From: Thermoleophilia bacterium
GTDB taxonomy: Bacteria > Actinomycetota > Thermoleophilia > Gaiellales > F1-60-MAGs149
NCBI GenBank assembly: GCA_037133755.1
Contig: JBAXNN010000008.1
Coordinates: 30,245-94,244, forward strand
Direction: 5' to 3'
Length of the DNA: 64,000 nucleotides
Numbering within the stretch: position 1 is the first letter of the stretch; the number at the start of each line of letters is the position of its first letter. The translations under genes were made by a program, and so were the position numbers. This document shows positions 46,117-54,257 of the stretch, in pieces. The notes beneath the pieces are model-generated. The model worked only from the letters and a program-made list of their open reading frames with translations, was not told where the DNA came from and made no database searches.

Positions 46117-47357
46117 GCCGCACCGTCCTGCTCGAGCAGCAGTCCGAGCGCGAGCTCGCGGGCGGTTGCGAGGCGACCCGCGGCATCCTCCTCTGACAGG
46201 CCGGCCAGCGCCGTGTCGGTAAACGATTTGGCGAGCCCGTCGAGCTGGCGCTGCAGCTCGGCGGGATCTGCGGCGAGCGTGTCGAAGGCGCCGAGCACCT
46301 CGGCAGCGAAGGCGTTGGATTGGCGTAGCTCGTCGAGGTCAACGGCGGGACCGGCGGTCGAGACGATGCGTTCCCAGACGAGGTCGTCGCCCTCCTGATC
46401 GTCGAGAGCGCTGCGTAGGCCAGTGAGGTACTCGTCGCGCACGAGCAGTTCGTGCACCGGGCCACGCCCGGTCAGCGTGGCCCGCAGCAGCACGACCCGG
46501 CCATCGGCCTGTACGACGACCGCGGCAGCGGCGTTGCGGAGCGCACGCTCGAGGTCGGCCTCATCGCCCAAGCCCTCGATGGGCACCTCGACGGCCTCGA
46601 AACGCACGCGGTCGAGCTCGACGCGACGATGCGCCACGACGCGGTCGCCTTCGAATTCGACGACGACGGCACCGTGCGGCCCGCGTTCGCCGGGCTTCGG
46701 CGAGCGGCCCTGCAGCGTGCCGGCGTAGATGATCGGCGGCTCGGCGTGCTCCTCGGAGTACGCGTGGATGTGCCCGAGCGCCCAGTAATCCATACGGGCG
46801 GCGACAAGGTCGCCGACGGTGCACGGCGCGTACGTCCCGTGCCCTTCGCGCTCGCCGAGTGAGCAGTGAAGGACGCCGACATGCAGGCCCGGTGCATCGC
46901 CGCGCTCGAACTTGAGCGCCAGATTCTCGGTCACCTCGCGCTTGCCGAACGAGACCCCGTGCACGGTCACCGGCCCGGCCGGCAGGTCGATCGTCTCGCT
47001 GGTCGGCACGTCCTTGCGAAACACGTGCACGCCCTCGAGCCCGGCCAGCGGCGAGCGCCCGCTGAGCGGATCGTGGTTGCCGTGCACGGCGAAGACGCGG
47101 ATACCGCGCTCCTGCAGGCGCTCGATGCCGCGGCGCACGCGCGAACGCCCACGCGGCGTGCCGTCAGCGCGATCAAAGAGGTCGCCACTGATCACCAGAA
47201 ACTCGGCCTCCTCGTCGAGGCAGCAGTCGATCAGCGCGTCCCACGCATCGAGTGACGCGTCACGCATCACGTCAGCGAAGCCCTCCCGCAACGACCCGAC
47301 GCCCGCAAACGGGCTGTCGAGGTGCAGATCGGCGGCGTGGATGAAGCGTCGTGGCAT
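46113..47357 (-). CDS. SbcD/Mre11-like metallophosphoesterase DNA-repair exonuclease (YhaO type)
   Basis: MPRRFIHAADLHLDSPF, ISGDLFD, GNHD, GHIH. ATGA overlap with the ATPase gene. Confidence 0.85.
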   Translation of the reverse strand: MPRRFIHAADLHLDSPFAGVGSLREGFADVMRDASLDAWDALIDCCLDEEAEFLVISGDLFDRADGTPRGRSRVRRGIERLQERGIRVFAVHGNHDPLSGRSPLAGLEGVHVFRKDVPTSETIDLPAGPVTVHGVSFGKREVTENLALKFERGDAPGLHVGVLHCSLGEREGHGTYAPCTVGDLVAARMDYWALGHIHAYSEEHAEPPIIYAGTLQGRSPKPGERGPHGAVVVEFEGDRVVAHRRVELDRVRFEAVEVPIEGLGDEADLERALRNAAAAVVVQADGRVVLLRATLTGRGPVHELLVRDEYLTGLRSALDDQEGDDLVWERIVSTAGPAVDLDELRQSNAFAAEVLGAFDTLAADPAELQRQLDGLAKSFTDTALAGLSEEDAAGRLATARELALGLLLEQDGAA

Positions 47358-47369
47358 GCGTGAGGCTCA

Positions 47370-47408
47370 GGCGAGAGGCGGACGACGTGCTGTCGTGCGC
47401 CCCTCGCC
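47370..47408 (-). terminator. Imperfect 15-bp GC hairpin downstream of hdeD-like gene
   Basis: GGCGAGaGGCGgACGAC gtgct GTCGTgCGCCcCTCGCC, 38 nt after the stop at 47446. No U tract. Confidence 0.35.
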
Positions 47409-47445
47409 GAACCTTACGCAGGAGTCCGGCTTGCGCCGGGAAGCG

Positions 47446-48024
47446 CTAGACCGTGCCGCCCTCGAAGAGCTTCTTGGCGGCCATACCGGCGGCGATCATC
47501 ATGATGCCGTCGAACAAGAGCTGGATGCCGACGAGCAGGCCGATCGCCCACGCGGCCGACGACGGCAGGTTGGCGATCACGAGTGCCGCGATGACTACGG
47601 CGAGGATGCCGTTGACGATCGTCCAGCCGGCGTTCGGGACCTTCCCGCGGGCCTGGATGCCGGCGAGGATGCGAAAGATGCCGATCACGAGGAAAAAGAT
47701 CGCGAGCACCCACGTCAGGGTGATCGTGCCTTCAGCCGGGTTGACGATCAGCCACACGCCAGCGATCACGTAGATGATCGCGACGATGAAGCTCCAGATG
47801 CGATGGCTGGTCGTGCCGCGCGAGATCGCCTCGGCGACGTAGGCCACGGCGCCGACCAGCAGCAGGATGCCGACAAGCAGCGTGATCGTCACCGACGCCA
47901 GCGGCGGGATGATGATCGCGATTGCGCCGAGAATGGCGCTGATGATGCCCGCGGTGAGCAGGAGCTTCCAGCTCTTCGCGAGGGCGGTCTTCAGTTCGGG
48001 GGGCATTCCGGGCACGGCAGACAT
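47446..48024 (-). CDS. HdeD-family (DUF308) membrane protein
   Basis: Only the last 192 codons of the 870-aa ORF 47446..50058. ATG 48024 has AGGAGG upstream. Six helices with the repeated GIxxIILGxxxL pattern. Confidence 0.75.
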   Translation of the reverse strand: MSAVPGMPPELKTALAKSWKLLLTAGIISAILGAIAIIIPPLASVTITLLVGILLLVGAVAYVAEAISRGTTSHRIWSFIVAIIYVIAGVWLIVNPAEGTITLTWVLAIFFLVIGIFRILAGIQARGKVPNAGWTIVNGILAVVIAALVIANLPSSAAWAIGLLVGIQLLFDGIMMIAAGMAAKKLFEGGTV

Positions 48025-48060
48025 ACAGGGTTCCTCCTGGGGTTGGTCTATCCTTGTCGT

Positions 48061-48088
48061 ACGGCGGATTCGCCGCGAATCCTGCCGT
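48061..48088. promoter_or_regulatory. Palindrome ACGGC-GGATTCG-ccg-CGAATCC-t-GCCGT in the hdeD/isochorismatase divergent region
   Basis: 7-bp perfect inner arms plus 5-bp outer arms. The core GATTCG-NCG-CGAATC recurs at 62234..62248. Confidence 0.4.
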
Positions 48089-48111
48089 TCGGTGTCGGCT
48101 ACGGTTCCCGT

Positions 48112-48690
48112 ATGCGACACGTCCCCGACCGCCTCGATCAGGACCGCGCGCTGCTGCTCGTCGTCGACGTACAGGAGGCCTTCCGGGCGCACATCGACGG
48201 CTGGGGCGCGATGGTCGCCCACTGCGACGCGCTGATCCAAGGCTGCGTCGCGCTCGACGTGCCGATCATCGTCACCGAGCAGTACCCGAAGGGCCTCGGC
48301 CACACGGTCGCGGAGCTCGCAGAGGGGCTGGCCGGCGTCACGCCGATTGAGAAGCGCTCGTTCTCGTCGCTCGGGGCGCCCGAGACGGTCGCTCAGCTCG
48401 ACCAGTTCGGTCGCGACCAGATCATCGTCTGCGGCATCGAGGCCCACGTCTGCGTGCAGCAGTCGGTCGCCGACATTCTGCGCGGCGGCCGCCAGGCGCA
48501 CGTGGCGCTCGACGCGATCGCGAGCCGCACGACCTCGAGCCGCGAGGTTGGCGTGCGCCGCATGCGCGCGGCCGGGATGGTGCCGAGCGGCGTCGAGCTG
48601 GCGCTGTTCGAGATGATGGTCGGCGCCGACCATCCGCAGTTCAAGACGATCTCGGGCCTCGTCCGCGATCTCCCCCAGTCCTTCTCCTGA
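48112..48690 (+). CDS. Isochorismatase-family cysteine hydrolase
   Basis: In-frame tail of ORF 46912..48690 from ATG 48112. ALLLVVDVQEAF, IIVCGIEAHVCVQQS (catalytic Cys block). Confidence 0.8.
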   Translation: MRHVPDRLDQDRALLLVVDVQEAFRAHIDGWGAMVAHCDALIQGCVALDVPIIVTEQYPKGLGHTVAELAEGLAGVTPIEKRSFSSLGAPETVAQLDQFGRDQIIVCGIEAHVCVQQSVADILRGGRQAHVALDAIASRTTSSREVGVRRMRAAGMVPSGVELALFEMMVGADHPQFKTISGLVRDLPQSFS

Positions 48691-48699
48691 GGAGTTCCG

Positions 48700-49350
48700 A
48701 TGAGCATCACCCTGCATACCCACCCGTTCTCGTCGAACGGGCAGAAGGCGCAGCTGATGCTCGACGTCGTGGGCCTCGACTTCACGGTGCTCGAGGTGCC
48801 GTTCGAGGTCGAGCGCGCCGAGTGGCACCTGGCCGTCAATCCGATGGGTGGGATTCCGGCACTCGTCGACGACGGCTTTCACCTCGCCGAGTCGAACACG
48901 ATCCTGCGGTACCTGGCCGATCGCGAGGGCCGCGCGGACCTGTATCCGCGTGACGCCAAGGAGCGCGCGACGATCGACTGGGTGCTCGATCTGTGGGCGC
49001 TGGTCGTGCGGCCGGCGCTGTTCTCGTACGAGGCGGCGCAGTACGGCATCGTGCTCGGCACCGGCGCGTTCTCGAAGGACGCGGCGCCGGAGGATGAGGT
49101 GCAGAAGAAGTTCGACGCCGTGGTGCCGAAGCTGAACCAGGCGATGCAGGTGCTCGACCCGGTCGGCCCGTGGGCGTGCCTCGGCCGTCGCACGATCGCC
49201 GACATCGCGGCAACGCCGGTACTCCACCGTGTTGCCAATGCGCCGGTCGATCTCGGCCAGGTGCCGCGGCTCCAGGCCTGGGCCGAGGTCTGCCTCGCGA
49301 TGCCGGAATGGCAGGCGCTGATTCCGACGAGCGGCGTACCCGCCCGGTAA
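48700..49350 (+). CDS. Glutathione S-transferase family protein
   Basis: 216 aa. N-terminal thioredoxin-like fold: HPFSSNGQKAQLML..NPMGGIPALVDDGFHLAESNTILRYL. Confidence 0.8.
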   Translation: MSITLHTHPFSSNGQKAQLMLDVVGLDFTVLEVPFEVERAEWHLAVNPMGGIPALVDDGFHLAESNTILRYLADREGRADLYPRDAKERATIDWVLDLWALVVRPALFSYEAAQYGIVLGTGAFSKDAAPEDEVQKKFDAVVPKLNQAMQVLDPVGPWACLGRRTIADIAATPVLHRVANAPVDLGQVPRLQAWAEVCLAMPEWQALIPTSGVPAR

Positions 49351-49359
49351 CGTCTCGGC

Positions 49360-50370
49360 ATGAACGGCGCGCCCCGACGACACCCCCGGTTGCGTCTCGC
49401 CGCGATCGTGATCGGCGCGGTGCTCGGCGTCGTCATCGTGCTCGCGCTTGCTCTCGCGCTGATCCCGGAGTCGCCGGGTGACGTTGCCTCGCATCCCAAT
49501 CCGGCAGCCGACTACGCAACGGCGGTCAAGCGCTTCGATGCGCTCGCAGCAGTCGAACAGCACGGCGTGTTCGCGCCGTGCAAGTCCCGCCTGCTGACAC
49601 ACGGCAGCCAGACCGAGGTGTCGGTCGTGCTCTTCCACGGCTGGTCGAACTGTCCCAAGCAGTTCCTCGAGCTCGGGCAGCAGCTGTACGACAAGGGCGC
49701 CAACGTCCTGATCCTGCGCGAGCCGCACCATGGCTTCGCCGATGCCTCCGGCACGAAGATCGGCTCGATTGACAACCTCGGCGGCATCACGGCCGAGGGC
49801 CTGCGTCAGTACACCGAGCAGGCCGTTGACATCGCCGACGGCCTCGGTCGCAAGCGGCGCGTCATGGGCCTCTCGATGGGTGGCGTCCTGGCCGCGTGGG
49901 TCGCGCAGAACCGCCCTGACGTCGAGCGTGTGGTCGCAATCGCACCGGCACTGCAACTGGCGGCCATTCCGGGTTTCGCCAATCCGCTGTTCGCCAACGC
50001 CTTCGGCCGCCTGCCCGACATCTCGATCGCCGGCAGCGACCCCGACACCCTCAACCACGCCTACTCGGGTACCTCAACGCATTCGCTGGCCTCGATGCTT
50101 CTGCTCGGGCGGTCGGTCCGCGAGCAGGCGGCGACCACTGCGCCGGCCGTGCACACGATCGCCGTCGACACGAATGCCAACGACGAGGTGATCATCAACA
50201 CCGCGGTGGATCAGCTGGCCGCCGACTGGAGCGCCCACGGCGCCGCCGTCGAGACGTACGTCTTCCCCAAGTCTGACGGCCTGCCACACGACGTGATCGA
50301 CCCGGCGCAACGGCTTGCCAATACGAAGCTCGTCTACCCGATCTTGCTCACGCAGCTCGGGTTCGGCTAG
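49360..50370 (+). CDS. Alpha/beta hydrolase with an N-terminal membrane anchor or signal
   Basis: The hydrophobic N-terminus is followed by VVLFHGW and the nucleophile elbow GLSMGG. Confidence 0.7.
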   Translation: MNGAPRRHPRLRLAAIVIGAVLGVVIVLALALALIPESPGDVASHPNPAADYATAVKRFDALAAVEQHGVFAPCKSRLLTHGSQTEVSVVLFHGWSNCPKQFLELGQQLYDKGANVLILREPHHGFADASGTKIGSIDNLGGITAEGLRQYTEQAVDIADGLGRKRRVMGLSMGGVLAAWVAQNRPDVERVVAIAPALQLAAIPGFANPLFANAFGRLPDISIAGSDPDTLNHAYSGTSTHSLASMLLLGRSVREQAATTAPAVHTIAVDTNANDEVIINTAVDQLAADWSAHGAAVETYVFPKSDGLPHDVIDPAQRLANTKLVYPILLTQLGFG

Positions 50371-52022
50371 GAAGCGCAGGTCGCGTCGGTCGCCGGCGCG
50401 TCCAGGATGCGCTCGACCAGTAGATCGGCGCGCTCCGGAGCCTTCAGCGCGAACCCACCCGGCGCCGCGGTACGGACGATGGTCTGGCCGTTGGGGCCTG
50501 GCGCAACACAATCGGCCACGCCGGCGAGCTGCCAGTACGGCATCCACCGCACCCGCAAAACGTAGCGACCCGGTTCGGTCACCGTGCCGACCAGCGTCGA
50601 GTGCCCCTGCTCCGTGATCGTCGCCTGCCCCGGCCCCGTCATCAGCGGAGTGGCATTCGGTAGCTCATAGATCGTCCAGTCACCCATCCGCGCGACAATG
50701 GCAAGGCCGGACGTGCCGGAGCGCAGGAGCTGTGCTTCAGCCTTCGCGCCATCCGTGTCGAGTGGCGTGTTCGGCAGGAGGACGTAGCGCACTGCGCGCG
50801 ACCGGAGCCACGCTTGGAACTCCCGTGGCGTGATCGTCTCCTGGTAGAGCACGGGGTTGTCGACGAGGTCGAACTGGCGGAACCAGCCGCGCACGAGGGC
50901 GAAGCCGGCCTGCGGGATCCAGTAGGCCTCCCATCGTCCCGCGGTCTGCACGACCTCCACGCGGTAATCCGGCGTCTGGTGCTGGTTGAGGAAGGCGATC
51001 GCGGGCTGCCAGAATGCGGGCGTGGTCGGGCGAGCATCGGTACGGAACATGGCGGCGCTCAGGTCCGGCACCGCCCCGTACGCGAACGAGCCGGCGAGCG
51101 CCAGTGCGACCAAGATCCGTGGCCGCCACGACGTGAGCATCACCGCGATCAGCAGCACGGGAAAGAGGAAGTAGCGCAACCGTACGAGGTTGTCGCCGAT
51201 CGGTGTGGGCACGGCAAACAGCACGATTGAGCCGATCGCCCAGACGATCAGGAGCCACATGATCAAGTGCGTTTCGGGACGCCGCCGTGCAATCGCTACG
51301 CCGACGACTGACAGACTCAGAACGGCGATCAAGTGTGAAAAGAGGAAGGGGTACACCCCCTCCGACGGAAACAGCCAGCCGATGGCAAGTTGGACGACGA
51401 CGAGCACTCCGAGCCACGCCGCCACCACGAACGTGCGCGGTTCGAAGCGTCGGTGCTCGAGCCAGACGGCCGTCAGAATCAAACCGAGGAAGGCGAAGGC
51501 GAGCGGACTCAGGCCGAGTGTCAGCGCTCCGAGCAGACCCGCAACCACGAGCCGGTGGTACTGCAACGCAACGAGGCACGTGAGCAGAGCCGCAGCGCCG
51601 ATCGCGTAGGCATACCCGCCGGTGAACAACGGGCCAAGCACGAGCAACGCCGCGATTCGGGAGCCCCACGCGGCGCGATACCCCCAGCGCTTGACGACCA
51701 GCCACGCGAACAGCCCAGCGGTCGCGATCACGGACAGCGCTGCCAGCATCGCCGGTCCAATCACGCGCTGTGGCAGATACGCGAGCAGAGAATACGACGC
51801 CAGCGGATAGTCCCCGCCGTACCAATAGTTATCCCACAGCGTCGCGTTACGCGCGACGAGGAGCGCCCGGTAGAGATGCGCCGAGGCATCGTCTGGCTTG
51901 GGGAGGGCATGGGTGACGATCACAACGCCGATAGCGGCGATGATCAGAGCGAACGCGACCTCTCGCACGAGCGTCGGCACGCGCAGATACCACCCGCGCG
52001 AGGTCTCGAGGTAGGCGCTCAT
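50367..52022 (-). CDS. Large polytopic membrane protein with a C-terminal soluble domain (GT-C-like topology, function unknown)
   Basis: 551 aa. About 9-11 TM helices in the first ~330 aa, then a ~200-aa hydrophilic domain. Converges on and overlaps the hydrolase gene by 4 nt. Confidence 0.45.
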   Translation of the reverse strand: MSAYLETSRGWYLRVPTLVREVAFALIIAAIGVVIVTHALPKPDDASAHLYRALLVARNATLWDNYWYGGDYPLASYSLLAYLPQRVIGPAMLAALSVIATAGLFAWLVVKRWGYRAAWGSRIAALLVLGPLFTGGYAYAIGAAALLTCLVALQYHRLVVAGLLGALTLGLSPLAFAFLGLILTAVWLEHRRFEPRTFVVAAWLGVLVVVQLAIGWLFPSEGVYPFLFSHLIAVLSLSVVGVAIARRRPETHLIMWLLIVWAIGSIVLFAVPTPIGDNLVRLRYFLFPVLLIAVMLTSWRPRILVALALAGSFAYGAVPDLSAAMFRTDARPTTPAFWQPAIAFLNQHQTPDYRVEVVQTAGRWEAYWIPQAGFALVRGWFRQFDLVDNPVLYQETITPREFQAWLRSRAVRYVLLPNTPLDTDGAKAEAQLLRSGTSGLAIVARMGDWTIYELPNATPLMTGPGQATITEQGHSTLVGTVTEPGRYVLRVRWMPYWQLAGVADCVAPGPNGQTIVRTAAPGGFALKAPERADLLVERILDAPATDATCAS

Positions 52023-52076
52023 CCGTGCAAAGGGTACGCGCCAAGGCTGGCGGCCCCGCTGGTCTTCACCGATTGG

Positions 52077-52724
52077 TCACGGAGCGCTGAGCGGGCCGCC
52101 CTCGTCCTCGACGGCCTTGCGGCACCCCGGGCGAGCCAGCACGGCGTCGTAGTGCGCGGCGAGCGACGGCACCTTCCACCAGTTTGCGTCGCCCTCGAGT
52201 TCGGTACCCCACGACGACAGCATCGCGAGGTAGATGTCGGCGATCGTGAACGTCTGCCCGAGCAAGAAGGGGCCGTTGCCGAGCTGCTTGGCGATCTCGT
52301 CGCGCAGCGCCGTCAACTCGACGACGGCCGCGGCAACGACGGCGTCGGCACCGTTGGCATCGGCCGTGTGTCGCGCCGGATAGAAGAAGCGTAGGTACGC
52401 CGCCTGCACGGTGTTCGTCAGGAACATCAGCCAGCGCACGGCCTCAGCCCGCTCGGGCGTGCCGACCTTCGGGATCAGGTCGTGATCGGGAAACGCGTCC
52501 GCGAGGTGCAGGCAGATCGCCGCCGACTCGGTCAGCACGAGCTCGTTGTGCTTAAGCACCGGCACCTTGCCGAACGGACTCATCTCCAGGTAGCCGGCGG
52601 GCGATGTCGGCACGCCGTCCTCGGTGCGCTCGACCAACACGAAGTCGTAGAGCGTGCCGATCTCCTCCAAGACCATGTGGGGAGCGGAGGTGGCGGTACC
52701 GGGGATGCCGTAGAGGGTGATCAT
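52077..52724 (-). CDS. Glutathione S-transferase family protein
   Basis: MITLYGIPGTATSAPHMVLEEIG..SPFGKVPVLKHNELVLTESAAICLHL. Confidence 0.8.
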   Translation of the reverse strand: MITLYGIPGTATSAPHMVLEEIGTLYDFVLVERTEDGVPTSPAGYLEMSPFGKVPVLKHNELVLTESAAICLHLADAFPDHDLIPKVGTPERAEAVRWLMFLTNTVQAAYLRFFYPARHTADANGADAVVAAAVVELTALRDEIAKQLGNGPFLLGQTFTIADIYLAMLSSWGTELEGDANWWKVPSLAAHYDAVLARPGCRKAVEDEGGPLSAP

Positions 52725-52761
52725 GGGCGAAGCGTAGCGCCGCCCATGATCACCCTCTACG
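52709..52761. promoter_or_regulatory. Perfect 21-bp inverted repeat (11-nt spacer) enclosing the GST start codon
   Basis: Left arm CGTAGAGGGTGATCATGGGCG (52709..52729) covers 5 nt of leader, the ATG and codons 2-5 plus part of codon 6. Right arm CGCCCATGATCACCCTCTACG (52741..52761) is its exact reverse complement in the 5' leader. Confidence 0.8.
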
Positions 52762-52799
52762 TGGATGTTCCAAAGGGGTCAGACCCTTTTGGAACATCG
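52761..52799 (+). repeat. Palindromic repeat family 2, copy B1
   Basis: GTGGATGTTCCAAAGGGGTCAGACCCTTTTGGAACATcg. Confidence 0.85.
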
Positions 52800-52829
52800 A
52801 TCCCGCCCGCCGAACCTCCCGCTTCGCGC

Positions 52830-52870
52830 GTGGATGTTCCAAAAGGGTCTGACCCCTTTGGAACATCCAC
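52830..52870 (-). repeat. Palindromic repeat family 2, copy B2 (inverted relative to B1; full 41-nt near-palindrome)
   Basis: GTGGATGTTCCAAAaGGGTCtGACCCcTTTGGAACATCCAC. 14-bp perfect outer arms and an inner GGGTC/GACCC stem. Confidence 0.85.
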
Positions 52871-52872
52871 GC

Positions 52873-52910
52873 CCAGTCGGGTGGAGGCCTAAAGGCCTCC
52901 ACCCGACTGG
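52873..52910 (-). terminator. Perfect 17-bp hairpin with the glxD-like stop codon in its loop
   Basis: CCAGTCGGGTGGAGGCC taaa GGCCTCCACCCGACTGG. TAG (52891..52889) spans the loop/stem junction. The last six codons form one arm. Confidence 0.55.
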
Positions 52911-54247
52911 CCAGGAATCCAGTCGGTGCCGGCCAGCGGCACCTGCGCCATCGCGGCCGACTCGATCGTCAGCGCCACGAGGTCCTCGGGCTCGAGGTTA
53001 TGGATGTTGCTCTTGCCTGCAGCACGCGCGAGCGTCTGGATCTCGAGCGTCATCGTCTTCAGGTAGTTGTTGAGCCGGCGTCCACCCTGCTCCGGGTCGA
53101 AGCGCGCGGCGAGCTCCGGATCCTGCGTCGAGATGCCCGTGGGGTCCTTGCCCTCGTGCCAGTCGTCGTAGAAGCCGGCGGCCGAGCCGATCTTGGCGTA
53201 CTCGTCCGCGTAGGCCGGGTCGTTGTCGCCGAGGGCGATCATCGCCGCGACGCCAACCGACACCGCGTCCGCACCGAGTGCGAGCGCCTTGGCGGCGTCG
53301 GCACCGTTGCGAATACCGCCAGAGACGATCAGCTGCACCTCGCGGTGCATGCCCATCTCCTGCAGCGCCGTCACGGCCTGGCGGATGCACGCGAGCGTCG
53401 GCAGGCCGACGTGCTCGATGAACACATCCTGCGTGGCGGCCGTGCCGCCCTGCATGCCGTCGAGGACGATCACGTCGGCACCGGCCTTTACGGCCAGCTG
53501 CGTGTCGTAGTACGGGCGGCTCGCACCGATCTTGATGTAGATCGGCTTCTCCCAGTCGGTAATCTCGCGGATCTCCTGGATCTTGATCTCGAGATCGTCC
53601 GGGCCGGTCCAGTCGGGGTGACGGCACGCGGAGCGCTGGTCGATGCCCTTCGGCAGGTTGCGCATCTCGGCGACGCGATCCGAGATCTTCTGGCCGAGCA
53701 GCATGCCGCCGCCGCCGGGCTTCGCGCCCTGGCCGACGACGACCTCGATCGCGTCAGCGCGACGCAGATCGTCGGGGTTCATGCCGTAGCGCGACGGGAG
53801 CAGCTGGTAGACGAGGAGCTCGGAGTGGCCGCGCTCCTCCTCCGTCATGCCGCCGTCGCCGGTGGTCGTCGACGTGCCCGCCATCGTCGCGCCACGACCG
53901 AGGGCCTCCTTGGCCGGACCCGACAGGGCGCCGAAGCTCATGCCGGCGATCGTGACGGGGATCTTCAGATGGATCGGCTTCTTCGCGAAGCGCGTGCCGA
54001 GCACGACGTCGGTCGAGCACCGCTCGCGATAGCCCTCGAGGGGATAGCGCGACATCGAGGCGCCGAGAAACAGCAGGTCGTCGAAGTGCGGCAGCTTGCG
54101 CTTGGCGCCGAAGCCGCGGATGTCGTAGATGCCCTGGCTCGCCGCGCGACGGATCTCATGGATCGTGTTGCGATCGAAGATGTAGGACTCGCGGAGCCCC
54201 GGATGCCAGTTGGTGCCGTTCGGGCCCGTGGGATCGAAATCAGTCAT
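52889..54247 (-). CDS. FMN-binding glutamate-synthase-family protein (GltB domain 2; GlxD/MgsC-like)
   Basis: ORF 52889..54346 trimmed to ATG 54247 (GGGAG upstream). IAGMSFGALS, VVVGQGAKPGGGG, LDGMQGGTAA, VSGGIRNGADAAKALALGADAV. Confidence 0.85.
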   Translation of the reverse strand: MTDFDPTGPNGTNWHPGLRESYIFDRNTIHEIRRAASQGIYDIRGFGAKRKLPHFDDLLFLGASMSRYPLEGYRERCSTDVVLGTRFAKKPIHLKIPVTIAGMSFGALSGPAKEALGRGATMAGTSTTTGDGGMTEEERGHSELLVYQLLPSRYGMNPDDLRRADAIEVVVGQGAKPGGGGMLLGQKISDRVAEMRNLPKGIDQRSACRHPDWTGPDDLEIKIQEIREITDWEKPIYIKIGASRPYYDTQLAVKAGADVIVLDGMQGGTAATQDVFIEHVGLPTLACIRQAVTALQEMGMHREVQLIVSGGIRNGADAAKALALGADAVSVGVAAMIALGDNDPAYADEYAKIGSAAGFYDDWHEGKDPTGISTQDPELAARFDPEQGGRRLNNYLKTMTLEIQTLARAAGKSNIHNLEPEDLVALTIESAAMAQVPLAGTDWIPGQSGGGL

Positions 54248-54257
54248 CGTCAGCTCC

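Noticed and set aside
43912-46398. 828-aa plus-strand ORF opposite the SbcC-like gene
   Set aside because: It is the antisense artefact of a GC-rich, Ala/Glu/Arg-rich coiled-coil gene. It has no motifs.
48025-50058. Upstream 678 codons of the 870-aa ORF 47446..50058
   Set aside because: Only the last 192 codons (HdeD-like, with their own AGGAGG and ATG) look real. The rest is antisense to the isochorismatase, GST and hydrolase genes.
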